From Candidatus Omnitrophota bacterium (GTDB lineage: Bacteria > Omnitrophota > Gorgyraeia > Aquiviventales > Aquiviventaceae): a stretch of 64,000 bases of DNA. The DNA lies in assembly GCA_016206725.1 (NCBI GenBank), contig JACQRA010000088.1:1622-65621 (forward strand), written 5' to 3'. The notes under the pieces were generated by a model. That model searched no databases, was not told the DNA's origin, and worked only from the letters and a program-made list of their open reading frames with translations. Positions 47,454 to 57,255 of this stretch are shown in pieces (within the stretch, counting starts at the first letter, position 1; every line of letters begins with the position of its first letter). The translations under genes and the position numbers were made by a program.

Positions 47454-47481
47454 ACTCTAAACGATCTGAAGTCCTTGTCAA
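47454..47481 (-). promoter_or_regulatory. Sigma70-type promoter TTGACA-N16-TAGAGT
   Basis: Perfect -35 at 47481-47476 and a 4/6 -10 at 47459-47454, in an AT-rich intergenic gap. Confidence 0.6.
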
Positions 47482-47515
47482 GAGAAAATGCACGGCGTGA
47501 GGGATGATCGCGCCG

Positions 47516-48013
47516 TCAGCGCCGGAGGGCGGATCGCCTGGCTACAGCGAGGGTCGTCGCCACGATGGCGAGGGCGGCAGCCGTCAGGAGAAGCCACGGC
47601 CCAACGTACAGGACGAAGGAGTGGTAGGTATACAACTCAACCGCTTGAAGCCCTCCCCAACCTCTGTGCTTGCAAAAACGCAGGAACGCCACGACCCCGA
47701 TCGCGCAACTTGTCAAGACGGCCCAGCGCCCTAACATCGTGACACGGAGGTCGATACTGGAACGGTTGTTATCGTCCGACAACCTGGTGAGTCGCTCGAT
47801 CCAGATCCAGCACCGTCGCGTCGGTTCCTTCACGAGCAAGGCGCAGCCTCCTCCGGCCAGGATCATCAGGCCGATCACGAGTTGGCGCTTTAGCACATCC
47901 GCCGCATCTGTGGAATCCGCAAACGTCAAGGCAATGACGAGCAGCGTGACCATCGCGCTCCATAAGACCCAGTGCAGTCCCGTGAATACGCGGATCATCC
48001 CCTGCCGGCCCAT
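47516..48013 (-). CDS. Hypothetical membrane protein (about 4 TM)
   Basis: Four hydrophobic segments, co-directional, starts 2 nt after the upstream stop. Confidence 0.55.
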   Translation of the reverse strand: MGRQGMIRVFTGLHWVLWSAMVTLLVIALTFADSTDAADVLKRQLVIGLMILAGGGCALLVKEPTRRCWIWIERLTRLSDDNNRSSIDLRVTMLGRWAVLTSCAIGVVAFLRFCKHRGWGGLQAVELYTYHSFVLYVGPWLLLTAAALAIVATTLAVARRSALRR

Positions 48014-48015
48014 GG

Positions 48016-49671
48016 TCAGAATCGCTTGACGCGACGCAGCGTCCCGTGAGGATCAGTGAGCAGATAATACAGAATCCCGGAATGCGCCGAGGTGATGGCG
48101 AATCTCAGGGGACGCTGGGACAACTCCCACGTCTGATCAGGATCGGTCACCGGGATGCCGGCAAAGTGAAAGGGCGCCGGGTCAATGCCAAGATGCGCCA
48201 GGATGGTCGGCAGCACATCCACTTGCTGAATCGGCGCCGCAAACACCCGGCCCGCTCGTTGCCCGGGACGTTTGATCGCCAGAAAAATCCGCACCAAGTC
48301 GGGATGGATCGTCAGCGTGTCGAGCGACTCCCCCTTAGACCCCACTGACCTGACAAACGGATCGTGGCCGCTATCGGAGCCGATGAAGATGAGTGAACGA
48401 TCGTACAGGCCCGAGGCCCGAAGTTGATCGAGAAACTCTCCCAAAGCGGTATCGAACGGACGGAGGGATTCCCGTGCCGCTTCCAACTCCTCATGGTACT
48501 CGGCCGCGGACTGGGGCGCATCGCCCCTGAGTACGGAGGTGGTCACCGGTGAATCATAGGTCATGAAGTTGTGTGCGAGGTAGAGCGCTGGAGCTTGGCC
48601 GTCGGCCAGGACCAACGCCCTCAGGCGCTCCCACTGGCGCAGGCCCACGTCGACGTGGGAGCCAATCTCCACGTCCCACAGCTGGCTCACGATGTTGACG
48701 GCATGCAAGCCGAGCGCCCGCTCGCCCTGCGGGCCGATCACCCGCACCAGTCGCGCTTGAACGTACGGTGGGAGGATGGAGTGGAGATACGTGCCGTACC
48801 AGCCCCGCAGCAGGGCGCGGCTCGTGAAACCCTCCTGCCCGACCACCCGTTCGCAGACGGCGGGCGGGCGGCAGTACTCCGGGAGCATCTCCGTGACAAT
48901 GTGCGTTCTGCGGCCGGCTCCGAGGATCGAGACCAGGGTGGGATAGCCCACCCATTTTCGCTCTCTGGTCCAGTAGCGTCCGGAATACAGGGTCTTGAGC
49001 GAATAGGCCGTCGCCGTATGGTTGGCGTACGCCTTGGGGTAGTAGTCCGCCTCCGCCACGAACCGGGCCAGGTTGGGGAGACGATCCGCCAGAATGCGCC
49101 CGTCCTCATCGGCCACATAACTGGCCACCAATTTCTCAGAGGTGAGAAAAAAGACCGTGGGGGTGTCGTGGGTCAGGGAGAGGACGTCGGGGGCTGGCGG
49201 CAATGCCATCGTCAGACGCGAGGGGGCGGCCTCAGCCGCAAAGAAGGCGAAAATCGCCACCCCAAACAGACCGGACACCTTCAGCACCCGGATCACCTGC
49301 TGTCGGTATCGGAGCAAGGGCACGATGAGCAGCAGGAAGAGGACCGCGAACAACGGACGCTTCCAGGGAGCGCGCAGGAAGTAGACGTGTAAATAATAGA
49401 AGTTGATTTGGCCGGCGACCATAAAGCTGATCCCCATCGCCATCAGGAGGAGGCAGCTCTTAGGATACAGGGAATACAGGCTGGCCAGCATGATGCCAAG
49501 GCCAATCGGGATGGCCAAAAACGTGAGAACAGAGAAGACGAGAAACGTCGGGTTGTTCCACACCCCTATGTGCAGCGTTTGGGGATCATCCAAGATCATC
49601 TTGACGATCGGCAGCTGCACAAAGAGGGCGACCAACCCAAACGCCGCCCAGAACAAATCCCGTTTCCTCAT
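48016..49671 (-). CDS. Membrane-anchored sulfatase/LTA-synthase-fold transferase
   Basis: About five N-terminal TMs, then PNLARF, ANHTATAYSL (Thr nucleophile region), GLYDRSLIFIGSDSG, QVDVLPTIL. Confidence 0.7.
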   Translation of the reverse strand: MRKRDLFWAAFGLVALFVQLPIVKMILDDPQTLHIGVWNNPTFLVFSVLTFLAIPIGLGIMLASLYSLYPKSCLLLMAMGISFMVAGQINFYYLHVYFLRAPWKRPLFAVLFLLLIVPLLRYRQQVIRVLKVSGLFGVAIFAFFAAEAAPSRLTMALPPAPDVLSLTHDTPTVFFLTSEKLVASYVADEDGRILADRLPNLARFVAEADYYPKAYANHTATAYSLKTLYSGRYWTRERKWVGYPTLVSILGAGRRTHIVTEMLPEYCRPPAVCERVVGQEGFTSRALLRGWYGTYLHSILPPYVQARLVRVIGPQGERALGLHAVNIVSQLWDVEIGSHVDVGLRQWERLRALVLADGQAPALYLAHNFMTYDSPVTTSVLRGDAPQSAAEYHEELEAARESLRPFDTALGEFLDQLRASGLYDRSLIFIGSDSGHDPFVRSVGSKGESLDTLTIHPDLVRIFLAIKRPGQRAGRVFAAPIQQVDVLPTILAHLGIDPAPFHFAGIPVTDPDQTWELSQRPLRFAITSAHSGILYYLLTDPHGTLRRVKRF

Positions 49672-50876
49672 GAGGAGAACCCTCTGGAACAGCCGACCGC
49701 CGCGAGGAGTCCCTCGGCCGGCTCGTCCGTGATACCGTCTGCGAGGGCGGCGATCTCTCGCGCCCCGACCGCACCGCTGCTGCCGACGTGAAAGACCATC
49801 TGCTGCCGCAACACCTGAATGCGCGCTCTGAACGACTCAGGCGCGGCGCAGAGCGCTTCGATGTGACGCGGGACCTCGGCCAGCCGCTTCGGATCCACGA
49901 TCGCGCCGATCTCACTCCGAATCTTGACCTCCATCGGCTCGCAGGAAATGTCCGCGTAGCGGGGGTTGTTGACTTTCTTCGGCACATCAATGAACAGGAC
50001 GGGCCGCTCCATCGCAAACGCATACTCCAGCGCCGCTCCGGACCAGTCGCTGATCATGATCTCCACCGCGTGGAGCGATTCTTGTGAGGCCACATCGGTT
50101 TCCAGCGCACAGGACGGATGGGCGCTCAGGAGGGCGCTCAATCGCCGTAACAGCTCGGGGTGCTTCCATTGGGTCATGGGGTGCGGCCGCACGGTCACCT
50201 GATAGCCGGCTTCGACGAGAATCCGAACCAATTCCTCTCCGCACGTCTCCAGCAATGCGTGAGGCCCCCACGACGGCGCGACCAGCACGCGGCGGGGCGC
50301 ACCAGGCCTCACGGTTTGAGAGATGGTGCGACGGTCCCGCTCGCGCAGCAAGGCTTCCAAGCGACCATGCCCGTGCGACACTAAGCGTTTGGGGGGCAAC
50401 CCGTAGCGCGCCTCAGTGGCGCGGATTTCTTGAAGATGATGCGGCCCAACGCAGAAGATGGTGTCGAAATGATCAAAGGCCCCGCGGCGAAAGACCATGT
50501 GCGTGCTGAGCATGTTATGGAACACGTACACGTAGTGGACCGAGTGCGCCCTTGAGCGCTTGATGTGGAAGGTCTCGAGGTCCGGCATCGTCATCACCAT
50601 GACGCCGGCGTGGAGATTCAGAAATACCCATGTCCGGCAGGCGCCCTCGCCAATATAGAACGGACGGATCCGCGGGTGCTCGGTTTGAAGGATGGGATCC
50701 GCCAGGCTCGAGGTCAAATAGCAGAGGTCTCGTTCGAGGGGTCCGGTCAGCTCTTGGATGATGGTTTCCCAGTGAACCCAGGACGCGGCGTCTTCCGCAT
50801 AGAAGACAATCGAGCGGGCCTTTGGTTCCAGGGCGAAAAACACCCTCGCTTGCTGCCAGGCGGTCCACCATGTCAT
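49668..50876 (-). CDS. CDP-glycerol glycerophosphotransferase (TagF)-like GT-B protein
   Basis: IVFYAE, MTMPDL, YVFH, FDHFDTIFCVGPHH, VLVAPSWG, VRPHP, MISDWSG, PVLFIDVP. Confidence 0.75.
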   Translation of the reverse strand: MTWWTAWQQARVFFALEPKARSIVFYAEDAASWVHWETIIQELTGPLERDLCYLTSSLADPILQTEHPRIRPFYIGEGACRTWVFLNLHAGVMVMTMPDLETFHIKRSRAHSVHYVYVFHNMLSTHMVFRRGAFDHFDTIFCVGPHHLQEIRATEARYGLPPKRLVSHGHGRLEALLRERDRRTISQTVRPGAPRRVLVAPSWGPHALLETCGEELVRILVEAGYQVTVRPHPMTQWKHPELLRRLSALLSAHPSCALETDVASQESLHAVEIMISDWSGAALEYAFAMERPVLFIDVPKKVNNPRYADISCEPMEVKIRSEIGAIVDPKRLAEVPRHIEALCAAPESFRARIQVLRQQMVFHVGSSGAVGAREIAALADGITDEPAEGLLAAVGCSRGFSS

Positions 50877-50885
50877 CAGATCGTG

Positions 50886-51053
50886 TCAGGACCGCGGGGG
50901 ATTTTTCTTGCGGCTAAAGCGCTCTGTGAACCACGCCTTGGAGTTCCGGAAGGTCACGAAGACGCCCGCGACACCGACCAGGAGGAATTGCAGCAGGAGG
51001 CTGCCGGTTCCTGGATTGATGTACGCCACACACGAGCCGAGTTCTGCGATCAT
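50886..51053 (-). CDS. Small single-TM protein with YINPGTGS motif
   Basis: MIAELGSCVAYINPGTGSLLLQFLLVGVAGVFVTFRNSKAWFTERFSRKKNPPRS; GAGGAGG RBS before ATG 51053. Confidence 0.75.
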   Translation of the reverse strand: MIAELGSCVAYINPGTGSLLLQFLLVGVAGVFVTFRNSKAWFTERFSRKKNPPRS

Positions 51054-51169
51054 CGGTGTTCCTCCTCGTTGCATTGTGCAAGAAATCTCATTGGATCAAA
51101 CCGCTTCGCGGTCTGACAAGGCGGAAACGGCGCAGGCGCTGGCGCCTAAGGGAGAAGACGCGCCAGGTC

Positions 51170-52618
51170 TCATGGCGCAGAGATGACAGGACCGCCTGAG
51201 GGGATGGCTTTCGGATTGGCGGTATAGCGACGGGAGTCGACGTATTTGCCCGTGATCTTGTACATCCCAAGTAAATTGAACACCCTCCGGAAGAAATACC
51301 GGTATTGATCCCATCTGATGCGCGTGAGCAAACAGAAGATGGTGCTCGGCTTGAGGTAAAATTTCCGGTTGGCACGGCGTTGGATCGTTGAGAGCTCCTC
51401 AGAGCTGACCTTGGCCATTTTTGGATTAAACGTATAAAAATTAAATGTCGACCAATCCACCTCTTCTCCCTGAGCATACTCCTGTTTCCACAGCTCGTAG
51501 AGCTCCGTCCCGGGAAGCGGCGTCACCTTGGTAAAATTGGCACGAGAGAGCGGAAGGGAGAGCGCAAAGTCCACCGTTTGTTGAATCTCTTCGCGAGTTT
51601 CTGTCGGAAATCCAATCATGAAAAACCCGCAGGACTCGATCCCGGCATCGCTGACCCACCCGACGACTTTTCGAACCAGCTCGACATTGAGTCGCTTCTT
51701 GACGAGGTCGAGGATCCGTTGGTTGGCGGATTCGATCCCCAGGGACATGAGGTAACAGCCGGCACGTTTCATGATCGCCAGCATTTCCGGATCCAACCGA
51801 TCGATCCGCACCCCGTTGGGGAGACTCCAGATGACGTCGAGCTTCTTGCGGATCAGGGCCTCGCAGAACTCGAACACCCGATCTCGTTTGATCGTGAAGT
51901 TATCATCCTCAATTTGAATTTCACGCACGCCGTATTGCTCATGCAGCATCGCGATCTCGCTGACGACGGCGTTGACGCTTCGCCAGCGCATCTTTTTGCC
52001 GGCGGTGATCGGGGCGCTGCAATAGGTGCAGGAATACGGACAGCCTCGGGAGGTGATGATGGGGGCGAGGGGAAACCGCCGCGCAATCATCCCATGCGGG
52101 GCTTTCGGGTAGCTTCGCGGGTCAATGAGATCCCAGGCGGGTTGGCCGAAATCATCGATGTCAGGATAGAAGGTCGGTTTGGCGCAGGTTCGAAAGGGTG
52201 CGCCATCTTTCCAATACACCAGTCCCTCAATGTCTGATGGAGCCTTCCCTTCGACCAGCTCGTTGAGCAGCACCTCCCCTTCTGCCATACACGCAAAATC
52301 AGCTCCTGACTGGACGAGCGCTTGTTCAGGATTGGCAATGGTATGGGGTCCACCGATCACGGTCGGCAGGCCGAATGATTTGGCCCGTTTGACTTCTTCA
52401 ACCATTTCCGGGAAGTAGGTCGTCATCGAGGTCAACCCGACCCAATCGTATTCCTGAGGGTCGTAGCGCACGTCTTCCCGAAGGCCATCGATCGCGCGGA
52501 CCGAGTGCCCTCGTTTCAGGAGGGCGGACGCGAGGTAGCCAAGCCCGAGATGGGGTGCGACGATATATCCGTTATACTTGGGGCTGATGAGGAGCACTCT
52601 GGCCATTGCGAGACTCAC
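51170..52618 (-). CDS. B12-binding-domain radical SAM protein
   Basis: PHLGLGYLAS, IGGPH, TSRGCPYSCTYC, EDDNF, GIESAN, FMIGFPTET. Confidence 0.88.
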   Translation of the reverse strand: MSLAMARVLLISPKYNGYIVAPHLGLGYLASALLKRGHSVRAIDGLREDVRYDPQEYDWVGLTSMTTYFPEMVEEVKRAKSFGLPTVIGGPHTIANPEQALVQSGADFACMAEGEVLLNELVEGKAPSDIEGLVYWKDGAPFRTCAKPTFYPDIDDFGQPAWDLIDPRSYPKAPHGMIARRFPLAPIITSRGCPYSCTYCSAPITAGKKMRWRSVNAVVSEIAMLHEQYGVREIQIEDDNFTIKRDRVFEFCEALIRKKLDVIWSLPNGVRIDRLDPEMLAIMKRAGCYLMSLGIESANQRILDLVKKRLNVELVRKVVGWVSDAGIESCGFFMIGFPTETREEIQQTVDFALSLPLSRANFTKVTPLPGTELYELWKQEYAQGEEVDWSTFNFYTFNPKMAKVSSEELSTIQRRANRKFYLKPSTIFCLLTRIRWDQYRYFFRRVFNLLGMYKITGKYVDSRRYTANPKAIPSGGPVISAP

Positions 52619-52627
52619 GACCTCATA

Positions 52628-54430
52628 CTATTGTGATGGAGCCTTTGGGTTTGTCAATGAGAAACTTACGAGGCGGAAGAACCCATAGGCGGCCAGCATG
52701 ATGAGGAACGGCTCGAGCGGAGTTCGGTGTCGGTACGCGCACTCGAAAAAGAGGTGCACGACACTGCGCGAAGCCAGCACGACGAGCAGCAGCCACCAGT
52801 CTAATCGCTTGACCGGTTCGCGCAAGGAGCGCCAGAGCACCACACCGAACCCCACCCACGCCGCCGCGTAGGCATACCACCACATCCAGGACCAATAGAG
52901 GCTGCCCCGCATGAGGAAGATGGGATCAAAGGCGCCAAACCCATGGGAAAAGAACAGCACGCGAGCATTCCCCGCAACCGCGGCGGCCATGTTCACCATC
53001 ACGTTCAAGGGCTGAGTCCTGAAGAGCGCCCAAGCCCCCTGGGGATCGCGCCATGGATTGAGCCACACATGCATGTTCACGGGTGAGTTCATCGAGACAA
53101 ACCACTGCATGTTGAGGCGTCCCGCCCCTTGGAAGTGAAGCGACCCGTCGTGGACGCTCAGCGCAAATGGGGCCAGGATGACGAGGAACCCGAGCGACAA
53201 TCCCAGGCCATGGATCACGGCGGTACGCCAGCCCAGCTTGGCCCGGATGCCAAGCAGGAACCAGCCGATGAGGAAGAACCAGAACATGATATTGCTTTCA
53301 CGCGTTACAGCCGCCCACCCCAACAAGCCGCCAATTCCAACGATCCATCTGCCCCACCGATGAGGATCCTCCACATATCTGAGGAGGCACCAGACGACCA
53401 ACAGCGTCCAGAAGGGATCCACGGCTTGGTGTCCGATCGCAGCCGCGGAAAAGATCATGAGAAAATCCAATGCCCCGAACACCGCGGCAATCCGCGCCAC
53501 CATCCGACCAAATAGCCGTTTGGCCACGTCGTACAGGAGGAGACACGTGAGCGCCCCGATCACCGATTGCACGGCACAGACCAGAAAATAGGACCTCCCG
53601 CCCAGCCAGTAGATCAGCGCGAGGAACCGAACGTAGCCCGGCGCAAAGAGGGGGATGTCCGACCAGGGCGTCTTTCCACCGTGCAGCAACGACATCGCCA
53701 GCGCATCATACGCCGGTCCGTCTGAGCCGGTCTCCCAATAATTCGGATCCGACATCACGCGGGTCGTGTAAAACAGCCGGAACGCCAGCGCGACAAGGAA
53801 CACGACCGCAAGGAACACCGGCTCGCTCGCGAGGGCGGTTCGGATGCGGGCACTCCACGCCTTGACGATCCGGGTCGAGGCCATCACGCTTCCCGCCACA
53901 CCCAGGAGGGTTGCACAAACGGTGAACCAGCGAGCGACCACCAGCGAAACAGCCCACAGCGCCGCGTATCCTAAGATAAGCGGGAGGAAGAAGAGCGAGG
54001 GATCCTCTGTACCCCTGCGGCGCCACCGCGCGAGAAGCTGCGCGCCCGCCACCATCCCCGCGACCAGCACGCCACCCCACAACGCGAAGCAGTACCGCAC
54101 GTACCAGGGAGAGAAGGTCGCAACACCCGGCTCGTGCGTCAAGTGCCAGACGAAGCTTGCGAAGAGGCCGAACAGATGGAGGGAGAGCCCGAGTCGTATC
54201 GCCCAACGCCAGCGCGCGCGGAGGGAACGGTCGAAGAAGACGCTGAAGGACCAGGCATAGAGCGCGACGCTCGCCCAGTACAAGAGTGGGACCGGAACCA
54301 CCACCCCTTCCATGAGCGGAACCGAAAGGCGAACCAGTCCGCCGTCCCACCAGATGATTTCAGCAACGAGGGCCGCGCAGAGCCCGCCCCCCAACAACAT
54401 CACGAGGAACCCGCGTGCGTTGGTGGACAT
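52628..54430 (-). CDS. GT39/ArnT-like (GT-C) polyprenol-phosphate-sugar-dependent glycosyltransferase
   Basis: Polytopic; ALAFRL, GSDGPAYDALA, PGYVRFLA, QSVIGALTCLLLY, YRHRTPLEP; start refined to ATG 54430. Confidence 0.75.
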   Translation of the reverse strand: MSTNARGFLVMLLGGGLCAALVAEIIWWDGGLVRLSVPLMEGVVVPVPLLYWASVALYAWSFSVFFDRSLRARWRWAIRLGLSLHLFGLFASFVWHLTHEPGVATFSPWYVRYCFALWGGVLVAGMVAGAQLLARWRRRGTEDPSLFFLPLILGYAALWAVSLVVARWFTVCATLLGVAGSVMASTRIVKAWSARIRTALASEPVFLAVVFLVALAFRLFYTTRVMSDPNYWETGSDGPAYDALAMSLLHGGKTPWSDIPLFAPGYVRFLALIYWLGGRSYFLVCAVQSVIGALTCLLLYDVAKRLFGRMVARIAAVFGALDFLMIFSAAAIGHQAVDPFWTLLVVWCLLRYVEDPHRWGRWIVGIGGLLGWAAVTRESNIMFWFFLIGWFLLGIRAKLGWRTAVIHGLGLSLGFLVILAPFALSVHDGSLHFQGAGRLNMQWFVSMNSPVNMHVWLNPWRDPQGAWALFRTQPLNVMVNMAAAVAGNARVLFFSHGFGAFDPIFLMRGSLYWSWMWWYAYAAAWVGFGVVLWRSLREPVKRLDWWLLLVVLASRSVVHLFFECAYRHRTPLEPFLIMLAAYGFFRLVSFSLTNPKAPSQ

Positions 54431-54431
54431 G

Positions 54432-55385
54432 TCACCCGCGCGAAGGAGAGAGCCCTGCATATCGGCTGAGCCACGCGATCGTCTTTGACAACCCTTCCTC
54501 AAGATCAATCGCCGGCTGCCACTTCAGGAGGGTCTTGGCTTTCGTCACATCCGGTTGACGCTGCTTGGGATCATCCTGGGGTAACGGGCGGAACTCGATC
54601 CGGCTGGCCGTCTCCTTACAATACGTCAGCACCCGCTTGGCGATCTCCAGGATGGCGCACTCATCCGGATTGCCGAGATTCACCGGCTCATGGAGGTCGC
54701 TGTCCATCAGTCGGCGGATGCCTTCGATCAGATCATCAATGTAACAGAAGCTCCGCGTCTGGCTCCCATCACCATACACCGTCAGCGGCTCGCCCCGCAA
54801 GGCTTGAGCGATGAAGGTGGGAATCGCCCGCCCGTCATCGAGCCGCATCCGCGGTCCATACGAGTTGAAGATGCGCACGATCCTCGTGTCCACTCCATGC
54901 TCACGGTGGTACGCCATGGTCAAGGCTTCCGCGAACCGCTTGGCTTCGTCGTAGACCCCTCGAGGCCCGACCGGATTGACATGGCCCCAGTAGCCCTCCG
55001 GTTGGGGATGCACCTGCGGGTCGCCGTACACTTCCGATGTGGAGGCCAAGAGGAACTTGGCGCCTTTCGCTTTCGCAATGCCCAGGGCATTCAAGGTGCC
55101 GAGCGAACCCACCTTCAGGGTCTGGATAGGATATTTCAGGTAATCCGGGGGGCTGGCGGGTGAGGCAAAGTGCAGGATATGGTCGAGAGGTCCCTCGACG
55201 TCAAGCGGCTGGCTGATGTTGTGCTCGAGGAATTGGAAACGCCCGTGTGACTGCAGGTGCGACACGTTGACGCGCGTTCCGGTGATGAGGTTGTCCACAC
55301 AGATGACGTGGTGCCCTTCTGCGACGAGCCGCTCGCAGAGATGCGATCCGATAAAGCCGGCTCCTCCGGTGATGAGGACGTTCAT
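54432..55385 (-). CDS. UDP-glucuronate decarboxylase (UDP-xylose synthase)
   Basis: [54 protein letters not shown]. Confidence 0.9.
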   Translation of the reverse strand: MNVLITGGAGFIGSHLCERLVAEGHHVICVDNLITGTRVNVSHLQSHGRFQFLEHNISQPLDVEGPLDHILHFASPASPPDYLKYPIQTLKVGSLGTLNALGIAKAKGAKFLLASTSEVYGDPQVHPQPEGYWGHVNPVGPRGVYDEAKRFAEALTMAYHREHGVDTRIVRIFNSYGPRMRLDDGRAIPTFIAQALRGEPLTVYGDGSQTRSFCYIDDLIEGIRRLMDSDLHEPVNLGNPDECAILEIAKRVLTYCKETASRIEFRPLPQDDPKQRQPDVTKAKTLLKWQPAIDLEEGLSKTIAWLSRYAGLSPSRG

Positions 55386-56314
55386 ACGTTGGCGTACGTG
55401 TTGCGACGGATCACGTGATAGCCTTTGATCAGTTCGGCGATGCCGTCTTGGAGGGAAACCTTCGGCCGAAAGCCGGTACGCTCGATCTTTTCGTTGCTCA
55501 CGATGTAGTTGCGCTTGTCGGGGTCTTCCCCGATCGCCGCTTCGACGTAGTAGAACGCCGGGAGCTGTTTTTTGATCTCCGCGCACAGCTCCAGCTTGGA
55601 GAGATTGGCATCGCTTAATCCGACGTTGTAGGGCTGCCCGTTCATCTGATCGAAATGCCCGAGGGCATGGAGCAATGCCCTGGCGATATCCCGCACGTGG
55701 ATGTAATTGCGCTTGAAATGTCCTTGGAAGACCACGAGGAATCGATCGGTGAGGGCGCGGTAGACGAAGTCATTGACCAGCAAATCCAGCCGCATGCGGG
55801 GACTGATTCCAAAGGCGGTGGCGAGACGCAGCGTGACACTATGGCCGGCTTCGAGCACGGCCTCTTCCGCCTCGACCTTGAGCTGTCCATAGAGCGAGAC
55901 GGGACGCAGGGGGGTCTGCTCCGTACAATGGAGACCCTCTTGGCCGATGCCATAGCCGCTGTTTGTCGTCGGAAAAATGAGGACTTGTGAACGACTGCGC
56001 AATTCCAGCAGCAATCGAATGGCCTCCAGATTGATCCCGCGAGCCTCGGAGGGCGTGCGATCGCACGCCGGCGCACCGGTCAGGCAGGCCAGCGGCATGA
56101 TCACATCAACCCGTTTCAGTCGATCCGCCACGACGCGGCGATCTCGCACATCAGCTCGAATGATCGTCAGACCGGCCTGATGACAACAGTCAAGCAGCGA
56201 GGTCTGCCCATACATGAAATTGTCGATCACGGCGACGTGATGGCCCTCTTGCAGCAAGAGAGGGACTAAGACCGAACCGATATACCCCGCTCCCCCCGTC
56301 ACCAGAACGTTCAT
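55382..56314 (-). CDS. NAD-dependent epimerase/dehydratase
   Basis: [50 protein letters not shown]. Confidence 0.87.
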   Translation of the reverse strand: MNVLVTGGAGYIGSVLVPLLLQEGHHVAVIDNFMYGQTSLLDCCHQAGLTIIRADVRDRRVVADRLKRVDVIMPLACLTGAPACDRTPSEARGINLEAIRLLLELRSRSQVLIFPTTNSGYGIGQEGLHCTEQTPLRPVSLYGQLKVEAEEAVLEAGHSVTLRLATAFGISPRMRLDLLVNDFVYRALTDRFLVVFQGHFKRNYIHVRDIARALLHALGHFDQMNGQPYNVGLSDANLSKLELCAEIKKQLPAFYYVEAAIGEDPDKRNYIVSNEKIERTGFRPKVSLQDGIAELIKGYHVIRRNTYANV

Positions 56315-57255
56315 GAGGTGGCGTCTCCTGCGCCGCTCAGTTCGTGTTCGAGGAACCAGCGATAGGTCTGTTCGATTCCACCGCGTAGATTGGTCCTCGG
56401 CCGCCACCCCATCGCCTGGATCAGCGACGAGTCAAGCCGTTTCTCCGGCGCCCCGTCCGGACGAGAGGCATCCCAGCGGACGGTCCCGCGGAAGCCGACG
56501 ACCTCTGCGATGAGATCCGCCAGCTCGCGGATCGTCCACGACGCCCCCGATCCCACGTTGATGGGGCTGGCCGCCTCATCGTGGTCGAGCAGCAGTGCAC
56601 AGGCTTCCGCCAAGTCATCCGTGAATAAGAACTCGCGTCGCGCCTGCCCGCTGCCCCACAACGTCACCTCGCCACGGCCCTGCTCGGCCGCCTCGTACAA
56701 CTTCCGCAGGAGCGCGGAGAGCACATGGGCATCCTCCGGATCAAACGAATCGCCCGGCCCATAGACCGTCGCGGGGATGACGGTGACGTACCGCGTGCCA
56801 TACTGACGGTTGTACGAGTCGCACAGCGACAATCCCGCCCACTTGGCCATGGCGTAAGGCTCGCTGGTGGGCTCCATCGGTCCGGTCATGAGATGCTCAG
56901 CGCGCATGGGTTGTGGGCAGCGTTTCGGATACATGCAGCTGCTGCCGAAATTCAACAACCGCTTGACCCCGGCCTTCCACGCCCCATGGATCAGATTCAT
57001 TTCCATGATGAGATTCTCGTAGATGAACTCCGCCGGGTAGCGGCGGTTCGCTTCGATGCCGCCGACCCGTCCGGCGGCGATGATCACGACATCGGGATGA
57101 ACCCGCGGCAACCACGTCTCGACCGCCTCCTGGCGGGTCAGATCCACCTCGGCGCGGGTCGCGGTGACCACGGACCACGTCGGCTCTTTGGAGAACCGAC
57201 GCATCAAGGCCGAGCCGACTAAGCCGGTATGTCCTGCGACGTAGAGACGTGGCAT
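56311..57255 (-). CDS. fcl: GDP-L-fucose synthase family epimerase/reductase (Fcl/ColC-like)
   Basis: YVAGHTGLVGSA, GRVGGI.AN, GSSCMYP, EPYAMAK, YGPGD, WGSG..RREF, PDG. Confidence 0.88.
   Translation of the reverse strand: MPRLYVAGHTGLVGSALMRRFSKEPTWSVVTATRAEVDLTRQEAVETWLPRVHPDVVIIAAGRVGGIEANRRYPAEFIYENLIMEMNLIHGAWKAGVKRLLNFGSSCMYPKRCPQPMRAEHLMTGPMEPTSEPYAMAKWAGLSLCDSYNRQYGTRYVTVIPATVYGPGDSFDPEDAHVLSALLRKLYEAAEQGRGEVTLWGSGQARREFLFTDDLAEACALLLDHDEAASPINVGSGASWTIRELADLIAEVVGFRGTVRWDASRPDGAPEKRLDSSLIQAMGWRPRTNLRGGIEQTYRWFLEHELSGAGDATS

Noticed and set aside
51100-51165. Short hairpins (ACCGC-TTC-GCGGT; AGGCGC-TG-GCGCCT) as ncRNA or riboswitch
   Set aside because: Stems of 5-6 bp are expected by chance at this GC content; no recognisable cobalamin or SAM riboswitch consensus.
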